Position numbers and translations under genes: made by a program
From: Phaeosaccion multiseriatum
Taxonomy: Eukaryota; Protista; Ochrophyta, other classes
Direction: 5' to 3'
Length of the DNA: 64,000 nucleotides
Assembly: GCA_965112735.1 (NCBI GenBank)
Contig: OZ218959.1
Span: forward strand, 2,666,001 to 2,730,000
Notes under the pieces: generated by a model
Seen by the model: only the letters and a program-made list of their open reading frames with translations
Databases searched by the model: none
What the model was told of the DNA's origin: nothing
Shown here: positions 1-13,522 of the stretch, in pieces
Layout of the letters: the number at the start of each line of letters is the position of its first letter
Position numbering within the stretch: position 1 is the stretch's first letter

Positions 1-199
1 GGCAGGGGGGGGAGGGGGGGGGGGTGTGGGAGTGGCCCGTGGGCGGAGGTGGTATGAACGGACCGGCGGCTTTGGACATGAGACAGGCATGTATGGACGC
101 TCATCTTGAGGTAAGAGGGAGGGAGGAGAGGGGGAGACAAGGGCGACAGGAGGAGAGATCAAAAGAAGACAGCCAGAGTTGTCTTTCCCTTGTTTCTTC

Positions 200-231
<32 letters not shown>

Positions 232-471
232 CTTCTTCTTCTTCTTCTTCCTTCTTCTTCTTCTTCTTCTTAAATGCGGTGCCCTGCTTTGCTTCCTCTT
301 CCCCCTTACCTTACACCCCAGCTTGGAAATCTCGAGGAGCATCGACGCATCAAGGCCGAGCTCACCGCCATCCGACGGCGCCAACAGATGATGAAGGAGG
401 CACGAGCACAGCAGGTCAAGGAGGAGGCCAGAATAGGGCGGGCGAAGGAAGAGGCACAGAAGGCTAGATAG
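1..471 (+). CDS. 3' end of a spliced gene (coiled-coil C-terminus), partial at window edge
   Basis: Exon ends at 110 (GAG|gtaag), intron 111-321 (TCT-rich, ...cccag), last exon 322-471 in phase 0: LGNLEEHRRIKAELTAIRRRQQMMKEARAQQVKEE...KAR*. Confidence 0.6.
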
Positions 472-605
472 ACAAGGGAGGAGGAGGAGGAGGAGGAGGA
501 GGAGGAGGAGGAGGAGGAGGAGGAGGAGGAGGAGGAGGAGGAGGAAGAAGAAGAAGAAGAAGAAGGAAGAGGAGGAGGAGGAGGAGGAGGAGGAGGAGGA
601 GGAGG
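199..605. repeat. (TCT)n and (GGA/GAA)n trinucleotide microsatellites
   Basis: Directly visible tracts at ~199-270 and ~477-605; representative of dozens of SSRs across the window. Confidence 0.95.
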
Positions 606-1160
606 TTGAGGAGGGAGTGGGTGGAGCGGGAGAAGAGAGACACGTACGCACGCACGCACGCACACACCCGTCGATCTCCGCATCTCCCTGCTACACGTCT
701 TGTATGGCGGCACTGCAGCCCCCCCCCTCTAATTTTTTCCCCAATAATACATGTATATTATTATGAGTTCGTTGGTGAAAAGATCAATCAACCCTTCGCT
801 ACACACTTACTTCCGCGGCAAGGAGTGGGGTGGGAGGAAATAAACGTGTACTTGGCCCCCATCTCACAGGATCACACCCTTTACCTTTCTTTACCTCTTC
901 GCCCCCCCCTCCCCATCCCCACTACAAGACACAAACCAATCCTTGGGTCTTCATCCCTCTTGAACGACTCTTCCCTCTGCGTGTGTGTACAGTTCAGCAG
1001 GCACACATCGAACTCTCCTCTCTCTCTCTCTCTCTCTCTGTGTGTACAGACGTGCACAAAAAAGACCAGGTAAATTGCCTACTCCCCTCTCTACGTGTAC
1101 ATAAGTACACAAAAAGGCCAGAGTGGATTGCCTCTCCACTTTGTGTGTGTACTGTGTAAG

Positions 1161-1295
1161 CCCACATAAACCCCTGTTAATGTCCCTCTGCTGCCCACAC
1201 AAACCCCTGTTAATGTCCCTCTGCTGCCCACACAAACCCCTGTTAATGTCCCTCTGCTGCCCACACAAACCCCTGTTAATGTCCCTCTGCTGCCC
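1161..1295. repeat. 33-bp minisatellite, 4 copies
   Basis: Unit CCCACACAAACCCCTGTTAATGTCCCTCTGCTG at 1161, 1194, 1227 and 1260. Confidence 0.95.
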
Positions 1296-1835
1296 GCCTG
1301 CTGGACCTCGAGCCGCGTTCCCCTCTCCCCTCTCGCGCCCTTCTCTACTTCCAGCGCTTCCAATCTCCTCCCCTACTAAGTCAATAAGTAGTTCCTGACC
1401 GACTCCTCTGGGGCTGTGGACACTTGCTGCCGCCGCCTCCGACCCGCAGATGCCTTGGACTCAGGAATCGATGGAAGCGCCCCATACTGACGAGTGACTG
1501 TGAGCAGAGCCACCCCGGATGCTCAAGCGGAGCCAGGCTCGCACGCACACACGCACGCACGCACGTACGCACACGCACGCACGCACGCACTTGGCGCAGC
1601 GCAAGCAACGTAGCATCGGTAGCGGATCAGATTCTGACAGCGCCGCCGCTATTGGAGTCTTTAGTAGAGAGAGAGAGAGTGCTTGGACAGAAGTGCAGTA
1701 GACCGAGGGAGCGAGGTTCAGGGCAGAGCAGCGCAGAGCTCTGACAAAGTGGCTCCTGTATGCGCGTGTGACCTTATAAGGACACGAAACCCTTCCTCAT
1801 CGAATAGTGTTTGATACACACACAAACAACACACA

Positions 1836-1900
<65 letters not shown>

Positions 1901-2132
1901 TGTAGGAAAGGGAAACAACTTCTCATCGTAAATGTATGTAGCACTTCTGATGTGACCGACAATGGTAGAGGAGCTGCCGCCCAGTCACACCAAACGCTGT
2001 GAGGCGCTGCACTAAATACAGTGGTTTTGGGCAGAGAGATAGAGGGCGAGAGTGTGGGAGACTCTTGAGTTGTAGAGGAGGACAAGGCAGGGACGCAGAC
2101 GGCAGAGAGCTGGAGCGTTACAGAAGAAGCGT

Positions 2133-5130
2133 CTACAGCAACGTGAGGTGCTTGGTGCAGCGGACCGCCGGTAGGTCACCCGCCGGGATGGCCTCAAAGT
2201 GCTGCTCCTCGGAGAAGGCACGGCCCTTGCTTCCCTCCAATCGCACCCTCAAGTGAACCCACCCAAGTAGCTCGTCCTGCTGCTGCCGCTGTATCACCAA
2301 CTGCTGTTGCTGCTTGCCACCCCTTGTGGCAGTGCCTGTAGAGCCGCTGCTCGGAGCTGCTCCATCGCTTACGGACAAGGATTGACCGTCGCTCCCTCTC
2401 CGTACCTCTATCACAATATCATCGGCGTCAGCGTAGAGTCCTCGCCGCCCTCGGTCTCTGAGCTGCTGCAAAGTGAAGTGTACACCTCGCTGCTCAAAGT
2501 CTTTCCTCCCCTCCTCCTCCTCCTCCTCCTCCTCCTGGTCCTCTCTCTTGCTGTTGCTCTTGCTACTCTTCCCCCCCTTCTTCCTCCGCCAATCACTATC
2601 TCCGGTCGCCTCTGCTGCCTTCGCCAGGCTGCTGCCGCGTAGACCGTTCCGGTCCTGAGAGTCGAACAACGCCCCCACCTTATCCACTTGCCTAGTCATC
2701 GCTTCCATATAGCGCTCGTCACAGTAAAAGTTAAGGTCGTCCTCCTCCACCGGTTGACACTCCAAAACCCCCACACTCTCCTTCAGTTCACGCAACGCCC
2801 CCTCAAATGCGCAGTGCATGTCAATGAACTCCTGCCCTGCTACCTGGAGAACCACTTCGCTACGGTCGGTGCTCACAGTTGGCGCTACCCGGCCGAGAAG
2901 CACTTCCTCTGACCTGGAGATGGCAGTGGACAGCCTTTCCTCCAGACTCTCCATGCCCTCCAGCTGCTCCTCCAAGGCGTGTATTTTGCTTTCGCTGGCC
3001 TTTTTTACTCTACATTGTAGGGGGAGGGAGGGGAGGGGAGGGAGGTTGGACAGAGGGGATGAGTGGGAAGATTGTAAGTGTGATGTATGTAGGGAAGGGC
3101 AAGAGGAGAGGGTACACAATCTCATCCAACACGCACACACATACACTCCCCCCTCTCACCCCCCTCCCTCCTTCCCTCCATCACCTGCCCAGCAGCAGCC
3201 CTTCCTGCTGGTCCAACGCCGCTCTTAACGAGCCAAAGCTGGCCTTGACCTGCTTACACAACGCGGTCTCCTTCAGCTCAACGTCCTGCAGCCGCTCCTC
3301 CACGCCCCTCGCAGCTCTCCCGACCACCCTTAGACCCGCCTGCCCGTCCCCCATGTCAGCAAGGAGGGAGGCGCGCAACCACTCCTCGCACTCAGCCGCC
3401 AGGCGGACGTCGTGGTGGCGGACGTCGTGGTGCTGCTTGTGTGTCTGTCTCTGCCCCTGCCCCTGCCCTTGTCTCGGCCTTGGCCTCTGTCCTGCCCTGT
3501 GTCTACCCACGGCGCAGCAGTCGTGACAGGCGAGCTGCCGACAAGTGACACAGTAGAGCTTGGCCTCCTGCATTGGGTGTTCGTCGCAGGCTACCGGCAT
3601 CACACTTGCCCCTCTCGCTGCTCCTCCTCCTGCTTCTGGTCTTCCTGCTGCTGTATCACCACCTGCCCGAGCTCCGGTACCAAGGGCGCTAAGCTCCCAG
3701 CTGCTCCGGCGACGGTTCAGGTCCGGCCCTCCTCCTCCTCCTGCCCCTCCCCTTGCTACTGGTGCTGCTCTCCTCTTCCTCCTCATGGCCGTCTGCTGCT
3801 GTCGCTCGCGAGCCGCTGCTCGTCCTCCTTCTCCTCCTCCTTCTTTTGTCGCCATCAACCCCACCTCCGCTGCCCCGTCCTCCACATTCCACCTGCCTAA
3901 CCTTTCCCCGGCCTTGAGCCTCACACGATACTCCTTCAGATCGAGGACCTCGTGCGTTGCCGTACCTTTGCCTCTGCCGTGCGCCCGTCGATGGAGACCA
4001 CACAACGCGTATCCGCAGTCGACGCAGCGGTACTTTGCGGGCGTGCCCTCGTCGTCGCACAATGCACACTCCTGATTTACCTGCCTCGCCTGCCACATGC
4101 GTATCTCACTGGTCATAAAGTGGTCTGTCGCCAGCCCTCCGATGCCTCGCTCTATGCCCACGCGGCTCACTTGGTGGCATTTGGCGCAGGACAGGTGCGC
4201 GTATGTGTCGTCATAGTCGGTCCCAGTCTCTGCCTCGGCGGCTTCATCCCCATCGTCCTCCTTCCTGACTACTCTACCTGCTCCGCCCCCGCTGGTGTGC
4301 TCGGCGGCAATGGCGCGTTGCAGGAGATCCTCGAGGCAGCTCTGGCAAAACACGTGGAGGCACTGGGGCAGGAGTTTTGGAATGTGCATGAAGGAAGGGT
4401 CTGGTCGCTCCTCTTGCTCGAGCGTGATGGACACGGACAGCTTCGAGGGGGGGAGGGGCTCCTGAAAGGGCTGCTCGCACAGGGAGCAACACAGAGACGC
4501 AGGCCACTCATCATCTTTGTCTTCATCTTCTGAGGAGTCTTCTTCGGTGTCCTCTCCTGAGTCCTCGTCCGAGTCCTCCTCGGATTCGTCATCATCATCC
4601 TGCTGTTTCCGTTGCCATGAGCGCTCGAAATTCTCAAAGCTGGCTTTGAGATCTTCTCGTCGCGGAGGAGGAGAGGGGGAAGTGGGCCGGGACGTCTTTG
4701 GAGTGCGACTGCGACTGTGGTGTCCCGCGTTACCCTTGGCATTGGCGACACCATCCGGAGAAGCCTGAGGTAACACGGATGGCGAGTCCATTTTGTGTTT
4801 CTGTTCTTGTTTCTCGACCGCCCTCCCTTCCGCCGCCCCCTTCTTCGCCTTCTCCTTCTTGTTGTTGTTGTCCTTCGTTTTGATCGTGTTCTTCTCTCTC
4901 TCCTCCCTCGGCTCTTCCTCTTCTTTTCCATCTCTCCTTACGCCCTTTTCCTGGTTGTCTTCCAGATCTGCCTGCTGTTTTTGATCCTGGTAGGTCTCAT
5001 CCAGCTGGTGCTTTTGCTCTGCCTCGCCAGAGAAAGGCGCCTGGTTGGTGCCCTCCTTCCCGTCCTTCTCCTCCGCCTTTTCCTTCTCCTTCTCCTTGAC
5101 CTTATCCTTTTTCCAAACACCCCACGGCAT
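2133..5130 (-). CDS. TRIM/RBCC-type protein (RING, B-box1, B-box2, coiled coil), putative E3 ligase
   Basis: Exons 5130-3185 and 3009-2133 (GT-AG intron, frame-consistent). RING CSLC..PKLLPQCLHVFCQSC..CAKC; B-box CALC..YRCVDCGYALCGLHRRAH..HEV; B-box CDEH..LYCVTCRQLACHDC..H..H; followed by a heptad-rich helical region. Confidence 0.8.
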
Positions 5131-5323
5131 GCTGATTGCAGTGCTTGTAAGGATCAAGCTCCCAACGACGTTACATTTCCACAGTCGAACTCATCCTGTC
5201 GCCATCTGTGGCGATGGCAGTCGATGGTATGGCTAGCGCGCTGGCGGCATTGATTGTAAAAAGCGGGAGAGGAAGGGGGAGGGACACGAGAGGCGAAGGT
5301 AGGGGGGGGACGAGGGAGCCATA

Positions 5324-5688
5324 ATGTACTCCAACTCGTCCGCGGCGTACACGCTGAGGCTTCCCTCTCGATGCATCGCAGCAGTGCTCGGGGATAGAGA
5401 GGAGCACCATTTCCTGGCAGGAACGTGCAGCCTCAAGCAGGACAATGAGATGCTTATGCTCACGTTCCATGAAGACAGTAACGAACTGCTGTGCGACCAG
5501 GTAAGGAAGATTTATGATGGCATGGAGTGAAAAGAAGGTGTGGAGCCGTTGCCGCGGCTACTTAGATCAAGTGAAGGTGGGCTACAAGGGGGGGAGTGAG
5601 AGAGGAGGGAAGGAGAAGAAACAAACTCCTGAATGGCAGCACTAATCGTCCGCTCCCATGGGGAACTCAGAGGCCACCCGCCAACGCG

Positions 5689-5720
<32 letters not shown>

Positions 5721-7153
5721 TCTTATTTGCTCATGCACTCCCCACTGTATCATCCCCATCCATCGCCCACACCCTTTCTCCCCTGCAGGTGTACCAGCAT
5801 CCTGGGGAGATTTGGGCCATTAGCCCACACCCTGAGGACCCCTCTGTCGTGCTGACCTGTGGCAATAGTGGGAAAGCAGGGCAAAAGGAGCCCTTCAATG
5901 TCTCGCTGTGGCGGCTCCCGGCGTCTTCCGAGCTTGGGGGAAGCTCTAGTGGTGGAGGTGGTGGTGGTGGTGGTGCTGGCAATAATGGCTCTGATGCTGG
6001 AGACGACGACGAGTGGGGCGGCGACGATGCGTACGGAGGTGGAGGGGGAGGAAGAGGAGGAGGACCGGGAGGAGGGGGGGGAGAGGTCGTCCCGCTAGGC
6101 GAGCCCATCACGCAGCTCTGCAGCATGCGACGTCAGGCCAAGGCGGTGATGTGGGACCCGCACTGCACCTTGGGCAGCGGTGGCGATAGTGGCAGTGTCG
6201 TGACGGTATGTGGAGACTCGCTGACTAAGCATACGCTCGCCGCGGGGGGAGGCGCCAAAGAGGAAGTAGTGGTGCAGCTGGGCAATAGGGCAAGCAGTAG
6301 TAAGAGAGTTGGAGGCGACGACGGTTACGAAGGAGGAGGGGCAGGAGGGGCCACATATGCGGCCGCGTGCGACCCGCATCAGAGAGACTCGGTCATTGTG
6401 GCCAAGGGATGCGGTTTCTTCTGCGTTGACTTACGTAGTAGCAGTGGCAGCGGCAGTGCTGGGCAGAACCATCGGTCGCTGGTGGTGGACAACGCGCACC
6501 GCTACGGTTGCCGAGATGTGGACTACAACCCCAACAAACCGCACACCGTGGTAACAGCGGGGGAGGACCGCTTGATGCGCTTCTGGGACCTTCGCAAGAG
6601 CTCTGCCCCGACCGCCACCACAACCACCCCCACTTCCTCCTCATCATCATTAGCATCATCGTCATCATCGTCATCATCATCATCATCATCCTCCTCCTTC
6701 CTGCAGCCCCTCAAAACTGTCCTCGCACACTCGCATTGGACCACTTCTGTGCGCTACAACCGCTTCCATGACCAGTTGCTCGTGTCGGGTGGGTCGGACA
6801 ATGTGGTCAACTTGTGGCGCGTAAGCAGCATTTCCTCGGCACCCTTGCTCGAGGGGCCCGACGACGGGGCTGTGGGTGGTGCTGGGGAAGGAGAAGAAGA
6901 CGAGGAAGGAGAAGAGGGGGACTCAGGGCGGGCAGGCAGCGGTGGGGGAGGAGGAGGAGGAGGAGGAGGAGGAGGAGGGGGAGGGGGGGAGGTTGCCGAC
7001 ATTCAAGTTCGAACCTTCGACGAGCACGAGGAGAGCGTGTGCGCTGTGGCGTGGAGCGCGTGCGATGCCTGGGTATTCGCGAGCATCTCACTGGACGGCA
7101 AGGTGACGCTCAATCACGTCCCCTCCACCGAGAAGTACAAAATCCTTCTGTGA
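5324..7153 (+). CDS. EIPR1: EARP/GARP-interacting WD40 protein (TSSC1/EIPR1)
   Basis: Exons 5324-5500 and 5789-7153. Motifs HHFLAGTCSLKQDNE, YQHPGEIW, RDVDYNPNK, HSHWTTSVRYNRFHDQLLVSGGSD, EHEESV..VAWS..DAWVFASISLDG, C-terminal VPSTEKYKILL. Confidence 0.9.
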
Positions 7154-7326
7154 GTTGTTAGTCCCAAGAGAGAGAGTAAGAGAAGCGGAAGAAGAAGGAG
7201 AAGGAGAAGGAAGTGCATTGGCGCTGCTCTGCTCTGCTCTGCTCGGCTCGGCTACTGTATTCCTAATATCAAATACATCCACATCGCTCTGGATATTTGT
7301 GGAGCAGAAGCGACTTGCAAATAAAT

Positions 7327-7374
7327 AGTAAGAGCAGAAATCATACTGCCAGTAAGAGCAGAAATCATACTGCC
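7327..7374. repeat. 24-bp perfect tandem duplication
   Basis: AGTAAGAGCAGAAATCATACTGCC x2 between convergent genes. Confidence 0.9.
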
Positions 7375-7745
7375 CTGCCTGCGCTCCTGCTGCGCTCCCT
7401 TCCTCCTATCCGACTCTTACTACACGCTGCTAAGAGCCATAGTACTGCTGCTATATACTGTCATCTGCTGCAATCTGCTGCTCTCTGGCTGCTCTCCCTG
7501 CATGTGGCAGGAAGCCTCGTCCTGACAGTCTCATTCATCACTGCACTATCTTGCTGCCTCCCCCCCCCCCGCCTCCCCAAAAGGCAATGAGAAGAGGGAG
7601 GACGTATGTCTCATGCACTGCACGCCCACCACCCTTTTGACTCCTGTCTCCCCATCGACTGCCATCCCATAGCCTCCTCCTCCACCACCACCACCACCAC
7701 CACCACCACCACCACCAACCCATGTGCCCGCCTTGGCCCGATCCT

Positions 7746-9589
7746 CTACGAGGTTTTTGAGTGCTCGTGGCCTTCGTGGCCGTGGTTGCAGCACTGTCGG
7801 TGCTGATGGTCGTGACTATGCCCCCCTCCCCCTCCACCCCCCATCGCTCCCATCCCCCCTGCCGCCGCCGCCGCCGCAGCCAGTGCCCCCACAGCAGGAT
7901 GCTCTGCTCCTCCCCCTCCTCCCATCCCTCCGTGGCCATGCCCTCCGTGAGAGTGGTTCCCATCGCACTGATGGCCGTGACCGTGGCTGTGACCCCCTCC
8001 TCCTCCACCCATTTGGCTCGGTCCACCCACGAGGCGATTGAACATGGCCAGGTCGAGGTTCTCCTCTGGCGAGAGGCCTTGCATGTACTTTCTCCGGTCC
8101 TCCGCGGACAGATCCATCATGACCTGGGAGGGAGAGAAGAGAGAGAGAGAGGGATAGAGAGAGAGAGAGATGGACAGAGAGAGAAAGAGAGGCAGGGGGA
8201 GAGAGGCAGGGGGGGAGAGGGAGAGAATGGAGAGAGAAGACAGAGAGGAAAGAGAGGGTAGGGCGTCAAATCGCGTTGGCCAAGTCACTGGGGCAATTCA
8301 AGGGCAACACTTCTCTCGTGGAAAAAACAAAAACAACAAAGAACAAGCTCCAATTGTACCTTCATGTGTGCGGCTTGCACGCCCTTCATCCTATTCGCGA
8401 AGCTCCTCTGGTCCTTGGTGGACATTCTGGATAGCTCGGCCGTGACCCGCTGCTGCCCTTCCACAAAGGCCCTCTTCATACGCATCTGCTCCTTCATCTG
8501 CTCTTCGCCGTACACGGCCTCCTGCAAGCCCCCATAAAGAGAAGGGGTGAAAAGACACAGGAGGGAGAGGAGAAGAGGAGAGAGGGAGAAGGGGGGGGGG
8601 GAGAGTAAGAGAGAGAGAGAGAGAAAGAGGGCGAGAGAGAGGAAGGGAGAGAGAGAGGTAAGTACAAAGAGACATACACAGCACACAGAGAGATACAAAG
8701 AGGCCCTGCTGCGCGGTGCACCAACACGTGCAGCTCTGCATACGTTATCCCCCCATCCTGATTGATCGATCGATCGCCTCCACCCCACCACCCCCTCAAC
8801 CCTTCTCACCTGCACACCCATCTGGGCGGTGAGCGCGAACTCCCTCATCCGTCCCTCAAGCTCAGCGTCGTCGGGAAAGTCCAGCGGCATGCGATTGAGG
8901 CAAGCGACTCCATGGTCCTTGTCCCACCCCAGACACTCCAGCATGTCGCGTTGTATCTCCACCACATCCTCCCCCGGAGGCTGCTGCGTCTCGAGAAACT
9001 TCTGACGCAGGGCAGCCTTGGTCTTGGGTAGAGCCATTTGTGAGTTGCACGCCCCCATGAACTCGACGATCTGCTCCTTGGTGAAGGAGCCCTCCGTCTT
9101 GAGGGGGGAAGGTTGAACGGCCTTCAGGATGGCGATGTGCGCCTCATTGGTGGCGATGGTAAAGGCCTTGAGCTTGGCCATAAAGTCAGCGTCCCCTCCG
9201 TGCCGGGAAGACAGCTTGTTCAGCTCCCTCCGCCCAAAGCCCTGCTCCACCCCCACTTCCTCCAGCAACTCTTGCTGCAACTGGACCAGGTGGGCGTTGG
9301 GTCGCAGCAAGGGCGACTCTGTGGTCTTGGCAGCAATGGCCGCCCTCGTCTCCTCCGAAGAGATGCGCTCGATGGCTAGGGAGAAAAACTCCAGAGCCTT
9401 GGCTTTGCTCAGCGTGCCCCCGGTCTGCAACCCGTTCTCGTCGAGCTCCGCCGTGTCGTCCCCTTCGCCGCCTCCCCCTTCCTTGGCACCTCCACCAGCC
9501 TCGTCCCCGTCCTCGCCGACCTCCGCGGGGGGGACGGCCTTGCTGGCCTCTTCAGCAGAGCTCTCCCCTGTCTGGTCTACCGTCGCCAT
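7746..9589 (-). CDS. Protein with two tandem C10 (C12orf57)-like helical domains and a His/Cys-rich tail
   Basis: Exons 9589-8810, 8521-8360 and 8123-7746, all phase 0. Two repeats of pattern LS/FTKxx(A/I)xEF...(L/I)Q..LLE..G....G...LN......D.D(F/L)...(L/M)..F resembling the C10 family. Confidence 0.6.
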
Positions 9590-9896
9590 GTTGCTAAAGC
9601 AACACTTGGAAGGGGCTGTGTCTCGATCCAATTTTCGAGATCTCTCCCGTCAGTCAAATACTCTCTGGCCTATATACACAAGGAGCTGAGCTTCACAGGA
9701 GAAGAAGGAGTGGGCCAAAGGAAGGAGATGCTGGTGATGTAATATTTCTATCTTATCTCTCGATGTTGACGATTGTCGTGGTGTGTATGGATAGATCGAT
9801 AAATGACCATCGACTTGAAACTCTCATTTGGCGTTTCCAAAATTTGCCCCTTGCTTCTCTGCTTTTCTCTCCTTTGCTCATTCCCATACGGCCACC

Positions 9897-10527
9897 ATGT
9901 CTCCGGTTAGCGAAGAGAGGCTGGACCAGATGGAGGCGGCGCTGAGGCAGAAGATCGAGACTCTCACAGGCTTCGCAGATAACATCGCCATGGAGCGAAA
10001 GCTCGGTACGTTTTCTGCAGGAAGGGCTATCGACTTGCCCCTTCGGTGTCTTGGTGGACCAGGAGCCAGAGAAAGGATTCTGGGTACAGTAGCGAAGATC
10101 AGGCGTAAAGAGTGGTCTGAGATTCACTCCTCCTACGTGTGTTTCGCCAACATGACTCCTTCTCATGCCCTCCTCTCTCTTTCTTTGTTTGCGCCCCTCA
10201 CAGAGTCTATGTTCAAGTTCTTCGATTCGAACAGCAGGTGCGCAAACAAAGACATAAGACGCGCTAAGTCGCTGAGTCAAGCCTGACATCCCCGCTACAG
10301 TTGCTGGCCTGCCTGTCTGCCTCTTCAGGAGAATCACTCTTCTTGCTCTTCCTGTATTTTCTGCCTGCCTGATGTGCTTGATGGACTACAAACGCACAAC
10401 AATCCTTGCTGGCTGACGGTCTTGAGCGTAGCTTCCTTGCCTCAAAACAACATTCGCTTGCCCGCCACGGCCCCACCTCCCCATCGCCACATGCGTACCA
10501 TCAATCATGTCTCTCTTCCTTGAATCA

Positions 10528-10608
<81 letters not shown>

Positions 10609-10970
10609 CACAGCGGAACGATTGACTTTGAGGAGTTCTTCGCAGCCATGACGCGCAGCAATTTTGTGGGCGTGCAAAGGGAGCTCGAGGCCCTCTTCGA
10701 GCGGTACGACGAGGACTGCTTCGGCTACATCTGCTACCACGACCTCTGCACACACCTCTTTGGAATGGGCAAGGTGTGTGCGCCAGGCAGTGGAGAGGGA
10801 AAGAAAAGGGAGAAGCAACGCAAGAGGCTGCGGGCTGGCACGGCTTGCTGGGGCTTGGGGCTTGGGCGGGGGGCTAGCTTCAAGCGACAGACCGTCGCTA
10901 CTCCTTCCAAATAATTCAGCGGCGTGCTTTCAAAACACCTCACCTCTTTGTTCACACACACACACACACG

Positions 10971-11031
<61 letters not shown>

Positions 11032-12418
11032 CCTTTTCTTGTCATCATGTCATCCGCAGGCTATCGGCGACAGCGTGAGCCGCAGTGTAGTGGAGCGGGT
11101 CAAGTCACGTATCTTGGATCTCGGGGGCGCCAACGGAATCCGAACCGTGACCCATCTGCTAAAGAGTATGGACAAGGATGGAAGGTAAGGGTCGAGGTAG
11201 GAGGGGAACAACGACTCTGATTCCAGTCCTCCACCTACAGGAGAAGAGTCGGGAGAGGAATGGAAGGAGAAGACTCTCTCTCGTGGCATCGGAGTGGGAG
11301 GCGGGAAGAGGGGGCCGGGCCGGGCCGGGCTCTTCTCACGCCCTTCATCCTCCCTCCCCATCTCACCCCCCCCATGCAATCCTCAAATGTGCTCATCCCT
11401 CCACCTTCCCCACTCCTCCACTCCCTCCAACCCCCCCCCCCCATTCCCCCTCGCCCCACACTGCTACACCTACCCACCTATCCACCCACCCACCTCTACT
11501 CTGTCCCATCACCCACCAACACACACACGCGTCCTCAGTAATACGTTAGATCGTGTGGACCTGGCGGAGGGCCTGTCTTCCTTCGGCATGCAAGACATCA
11601 ACGACACTCCGGGGGGCGATCTGGACCGGCTCATGTCGTACTTTGACAGAGAAGGAAAGGGGAAAATCTGCATCGAGGAGTTCCATAGAGGACTCCGAGG
11701 GACGGTGCGTAGTGAGGAGTGTGGAGAGAGGAATAAGGTAGTGAGTAGTAGAGTAAAAACTAGTCGGTCAGGTCACTCAGTCAGTCAGCCAGTCAGTCGG
11801 TCAGTCTACCGATCTACCTTCCCACAGGTTTGTCTGTCACATCGTGTGCTGCTGCCTCATGCACAAAGGATGTTGACTTGCTTAGCTTCCGGGGCTCTTG
11901 CTCATCCTTCTCCCTCTCTCTTATCTCTATCTCGCCCTCTCCACCCCCCCTCCCTCCCCCCCCCCTTCTTGCCCCCTCCCTCTCCTACAATACAGATGAG
12001 CAAGCCTCGTAAGCTCCTAACCAAGCAAGCCTTCACCAAGCTGGACAGGTCCGGCAAAGGAGTGGTGTCTGTGGACGACCTCCGGGCCTCCTTCAGCGCC
12101 GCACAACACCCCGACGTGGTGTCAGGACGCTGCTCCGAAGACGAGATTCTTACGGACATGCTCTCTGACTATGAGGTACGATACGGTCATAAGTTTCAGT
12201 TTCATTTTCAGTCGTGTCAGTTTGAGTTTCAGTCTCAGTCTCAGTCTCAGTCTCAGTCTCAGTGTCAGCTTCAGTATGGTAGACCTGACCCTTGCTTTCG
12301 CCCTCCGCTCCCTCCCCTGCGATCTGTCAGGGTCCGGGCTCCGACGGCAATGTATACTGGCAGGAGTTCCTGGACTACTATAAGGTAAATACCGAGCACC
12401 CGGGAGGGGGCAGGCGGG

Positions 12419-12474
<56 letters not shown>

Positions 12475-13058
12475 CAAGGGCGGGGGAAGCGGAGACCTTT
12501 CCTGGACTGATCTGTTCTACTTGCTCTTCATTTTGTCCTTGGGACGACGCGCCTACCTGTCTGTCTGTCTTGCTGCCTGACTGTCTGCCTACCTGCCTGC
12601 CTGCCTGCCTGCCTACCTACCTACCTGCCTGCCTGCCTGCCTGCCTGCATGTCTGCCCTAGTGTCTGCCCGCCTCGACACATCGACCACTCTCAAATCGC
12701 CCTCCTCTCTCCTTATCGTTATTGGATTGTGCTTGAATGGTGGGGCTTGCTTTCCCTCCCCAAGAATGCCCACATCTTGCTAATTTGACTACTTTGCCAC
12801 TCCACCGTTCCCCCCATCCCTCCACTTCTGTCCGTCCCTCTCTTGTCCTTACATCTATCCATCTATCCGTCTAACCATCATCTCTCCATCAATTGATCAA
12901 TCTGTCTCTCGTTGGGCGTGTGTGTGTGTGTGTGCGTGTGTGTGCGTGCGCGCCATCTACAGGACCTGTCCTCGGCCGTGCAGAGCGACGACTATTTCGC
13001 GCTTATGATGCGTAACGCCTGGCACCTCGCGGGGGGGGAGGGATGGGCGGAGGAGTAG
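9897..13058 (+). CDS. Calcyphosin-like multi-EF-hand calcium-binding protein
   Basis: 8 frame-consistent exons (9897-10005, 10204-10237, 10614-10773, 11060-11184, 11539-11704, 11996-12175, 12331-12384, 12963-13058). EF loops DSNSSGTIDFEE, DKDGSNTLDRVD, DREGKGKICIEE, DRSGKGVVSVDD; HPDV motif; C-terminal DDYFALMMRNAWH. Confidence 0.85.
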
Positions 13059-13522
13059 GCGAGTAGGCCGGTCAGCAGTCCCAGTGGGGCTGGAATGCGA
13101 AGTAGAGCTTTCCATTCCCCACACATTGGCAGCAACAAACAGCAACCACCTTTGTACAATCTCCACACCTCGATTTATATATATAACATACCTACTCACA
13201 CATTTCATTATAATAATTGTTTCCTGTTTCCTTTGTGATCTCTTTTGTAATGTATCCACCCCAAGCGCAATGGGTATGTACGTGCGCGTCCACCCCTTCC
13301 CTCCCACCCCCTTCCTGTTCCTCCCCACTCCTATTCCTCCCAACTCCTTAACACCCCCTCCCTCTCACTCCCTCCCTCCCTCCCTCCCACCCCTCCCTCT
13401 CACTCCCTCCCTCCCCCCCTCCCTCCCTCTCAATGCTCTTTCATTCTCTTCTCCAAGACCTGTGTGTGTGTGCCAATCAGAGACGAAAGAGGGAAGGTCA
13501 GTGACACCGTTCTATGAGGTAG

